Shown here in pieces: positions 36,737-39,333 of a stretch of 39,333 nt of DNA (its first letter is position 1; each line of letters opens with the position of its first letter). The notes below the pieces were generated by a model. The model ran no database searches. It saw only the letters and a program-made list of their open reading frames with translations, and was not told where the DNA came from. Origin of the DNA: Bacteriovoracaceae bacterium (GTDB lineage: Bacteria > Bdellovibrionota > Bacteriovoracia > Bacteriovoracales > Bacteriovoracaceae); NCBI GenBank assembly GCA_018649885.1, contig JABIHA010000087.1, positions 62,001 to 101,333 on the forward strand, written 5' to 3'. A program made the position numbers and the translations under genes.

Positions 36737-37699
36737 TCAATCTTCTAATTCTTTCAAAAGAAGGTTTTCTAAATTTTTTACAAATTGAGGTAATAACTCT
36801 CGGTCCTCAATATGTTGAAATGAAATATCTGAAAAGGGTATGAATATATGATATTCCCTAAATGATGAAAATCGATCAACCGATTTATTTTCAAATCTTT
36901 TAGCAATTTGATTTACGTTAATAGAAGCTGTTGCTTGTTCACTGTCAAATGAAAAGAGATTACTATCAAGACGACCAAAATGATTTTGAATCACTTCCAC
37001 GTTGGGGACTAAACACCCTTTAAAATGTTCAAGGTTTAAAGATAGTTCAATTTTTTCATCTAAAATAATTCTGTCAAAACTTTTTTTATCTCTAATTTCA
37101 ATAACAAAACCGTTCTCAGACATTTGTTTTATCCAAAGAAGATCTTGGTGCCAATTTCCATCACTCCCCCTTGAGGCAAGAGCGGAGTTAAACCTTACTC
37201 TGAACTCTCTCATGGGTAGCCCTTTTTGGAAGATTTTCCAAAAAATAAACTGATGATAGATTTTATGGTCAAACCACCTCATAGTATCAAGGCCGAAAAA
37301 TGGTCCCGACTTATTAACTAATGAAACTTGTAAGTCCGACTCTTCATCACTATCAAACCAAGTAAGTCTCATTCGTGGATCAAGGTAGCTATAGTAAAGA
37401 TCGTAGTAACTGACCTCCAGTACTTCCCCTTTTCTTGTAACCCAGGCCTTCAAACCTTTTAATTCTTCTAGTGCTCTATCTAATTCTTCTTTGGCCTCAG
37501 CACACTCTTTGGAATTAATGGCGAGGGCCTTCTTAAATATACAAGTCTTTCTCCAGTCGGCCCAATGAAAAGATAGGTTGCCTGTTGGAGACAGATCAAG
37601 TTTTTGTTCTAAATCGTTGAGAAAAAGATAGTCTTTGATTCCAAAAATGAATTCTTCTGAAGAATCCTCTTCAAATTTCCTAGCTGCGGAGCTTTTCAT
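36737..37699 (-). CDS. Hypothetical protein, possibly with a degenerate PilZ-like C-terminal domain
   Basis: ATG at 37699 has RBS GGAGA. REFRV...QMSENG loosely matches the PilZ RxxxR/DxSxxG spacing. Confidence 0.6.
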   Translation of the reverse strand: MKSSAARKFEEDSSEEFIFGIKDYLFLNDLEQKLDLSPTGNLSFHWADWRKTCIFKKALAINSKECAEAKEELDRALEELKGLKAWVTRKGEVLEVSYYDLYYSYLDPRMRLTWFDSDEESDLQVSLVNKSGPFFGLDTMRWFDHKIYHQFIFWKIFQKGLPMREFRVRFNSALASRGSDGNWHQDLLWIKQMSENGFVIEIRDKKSFDRIILDEKIELSLNLEHFKGCLVPNVEVIQNHFGRLDSNLFSFDSEQATASINVNQIAKRFENKSVDRFSSFREYHIFIPFSDISFQHIEDRELLPQFVKNLENLLLKELED

Positions 37700-38383
37700 A
37701 TTTTCTCCAAATAAGTATCCATTAGCCACATTCTAGCTTAAAAATGCATAGCAGGTATCAATAATTAACACAAATTGATAAATAAGCCCTTTTTAAGTAA
37801 GTTGTAAGCGCTTTAGAAAATAAAAATTATTGAGGATGGTACTTTCAAACACACTTTGTCCCTAAATCAATAAGGTTGAAGTTGATGAATCTGGAATGTG
37901 GTCCTAGTACTCCCTCCACTAAAATTTTAAAGATTTAAAACAAAGTTATTAGCTTAATGGGTTCATTTTGAGATTTTTTAGTGCCGTTTTGATATTAAAT
38001 CAAGGTAAGTTTCATTTTTTATTCTTTTATAGGAGCATATTACATCGGGGTTATAAATTATTTAGACTATGGTCACAAAGCTATGCTAATTCTTTTCTTA
38101 CAAATTGTTTGTCAGGTGAGTCTTATTTCAGCGAGTATCTTAATAAAAATGAATTTCAACTAATGATAGACTCAAAAATCGGTAAGTTTGCCTCAGATTC
38201 TAAAAAAAGCTTTATTTTGAGCATCTATTATATCTCTAAAATTTTCATTGTTAGTAATATGGCTGGTTTGTTTCTAGTAAAATGACCGCACTCCAATCTT
38301 CTGTAAATTTCTATCTTGATATGTCCAAAACCACCACGATTATAAGAGAAACGAATCCCACTTTCAAGTTAACTCCATCCTAG

Positions 38384-39049
38384 TTATTGAGGTATTGTGT
38401 TCAAAATGTGGTCAGCCGCTTCTTTTGTTGCAGCAACAAAATCTAATTTCCCTCCAGCTTCTTTTCTCGCTCGGTCAAATTCTTGAGTTCTGGTTTCATT
38501 CCACTCAGAGGCTGCTTGATAAACTTCAATTCCTAACTCACCACCCATTGTGCTTGTTAAACAACTGAAGCTAGCTTCTCTTAATGCATGATCTGCGTAT
38601 TTGAAAGCTATGTTATTTTTAAAGGCTTGAAATCTATGTGAGATTGATTTGATATTCTGATATTGGATTTTTGGATTTATGGTTAATAGTGAATCAAACT
38701 TTATGCCTTCTAGTTTGGAATAATATCCTTCTGAACTACTTACAAAATATACTAGAGGGCAGCCTCCAATATTTTGATTTAATACCCAAAGATCATAGGG
38801 TTCACCATCAAAAGTAGTTGACCCAATTAGCTCAAATTCAAATCCATTTACTATACGTCTCGCTTTTTCACCATTTTTCTCTTGGCAATCATTCGATAAT
38901 TCATCAAGCTCTTTATATTCATTTGTTTGAACACTATCAAGAAGTAGGTCAGAAGTACTAAATACCCCACACTGCTGAGACCCCTCTGATGCATTTGCAT
39001 TAATCGAAAGCATTGCTACTAAAAGACTTATTGATAAATAGTATTTCAT
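38384..39049 (-). CDS. Secreted hypothetical protein
   Basis: Strong RBS AGGAGG, signal peptide ending ANA, four Cys. Confidence 0.8.
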   Translation of the reverse strand: MKYYLSISLLVAMLSINANASEGSQQCGVFSTSDLLLDSVQTNEYKELDELSNDCQEKNGEKARRIVNGFEFELIGSTTFDGEPYDLWVLNQNIGGCPLVYFVSSSEGYYSKLEGIKFDSLLTINPKIQYQNIKSISHRFQAFKNNIAFKYADHALREASFSCLTSTMGGELGIEVYQAASEWNETRTQEFDRARKEAGGKLDFVAATKEAADHILNTIPQ

Positions 39050-39082
39050 TTCTCTCTCCTCTATATTAATGATTCAAATAGA

Positions 39083-39098
39083 TGCAAATTATTTGCCA
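39083..39098 (-). promoter_or_regulatory. Sigma54 (RpoN) -24/-12 promoter
   Basis: Minus strand TGGCAAATAATTTGCA matches TGGCAC-N5-TTGCA with exact GG/GC spacing, 33 nt upstream of the ATG at 39049. Confidence 0.75.
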
Positions 39099-39333
39099 GT
39101 ACTAGTTATGCAATTTCAGTAAATTAGGGTTTTCTTCAGACAGAGAACTGTGCGTTTTCTTAAATATAGTTGTATTATTATACAGCTTTTATGTAACTAC
39201 TCAATAAAAAGAGGCTAGATTTCTAACTAAGCAATTTCAATCAGGTTTTGTAGAGCTGGGATTTTGAATTTTTTATTTAATCTGTCTTGCAGGTAATCCC
39301 AAAATTCAATGTTTAACTTTCGGCAGGTATGGA

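Noticed and set aside
497..37253. Many short ORF-track ORFs antisense or out of frame inside longer genes (e.g. 497-706, 4532-4894, 18486-18815, 28790-29098, 33035-33379)
   Set aside because: Fully shadowed by well-supported genes, with no RBS or recognisable motifs.
37968..38285. 105-aa + strand ORF
   Set aside because: TTG start without RBS, F/S/I/L-rich composition typical of AT-rich non-coding DNA, no motif. It may be a decayed gene but I cannot support a call.
37730..38383. Possible tRNA, riboswitch or att site in the long AT-rich spacer
   Set aside because: No cloverleaf, T-loop motif or recognisable riboswitch core found by eye, and no integrase in the window. A covariance search would be needed.
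1..39333. CRISPR arrays, IS elements, prophage or defence genes
   Set aside because: No regularly spaced direct repeats and no transposase, integrase, phage or defence motifs recognised.

Overview
AT-rich, gene-dense bacterial chromosomal window. I infer a Bdellovibrionota (Bacteriovoracia/Halobacteriovorax-like) origin from the many orphan lipoproteins/beta-barrels, the coiled-coil-Hsp20 fusion and the rpoH-rpsO-pnp-dut order; this is not proven. Contents in order: pyrB, a single-chain carA-carB fusion and pyrF, with an intrinsic terminator between pyrB and carAB; a Gly-rich lipoprotein; inosine-guanosine kinase gsk followed by a frameshifted P-loop kinase that the ORF track only partly captures; N-formylglutamate amidohydrolase; a five-gene minus-strand run (DUF3604 metallohydrolase lipoprotein, PpiC/SurA-like foldase, HupE/UreJ protein, unknown membrane protein, astacin protease); several envelope hypotheticals; acylphosphatase; an App1-like phosphatase; a C45 Ntn-hydrolase; a probable unannotated 42-aa protein; a ferredoxin; dut, pnp (with an internal extended -10 promoter and a long leader stem), rpsO and rpoH (with an in-frame hexamer microsatellite); an overlapping divergent pair of sigma28-like promoters; a TPR protein with a NadD-like enzyme; and a secreted protein behind a sigma54 motif. 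I found no rRNA, tRNA, CRISPR array, integrase or transposase. The best candidate for an undescribed system is the DUF3604-PpiC-HupE/UreJ(-astacin) locus. All family calls come from motif recognition by eye, without database searches.
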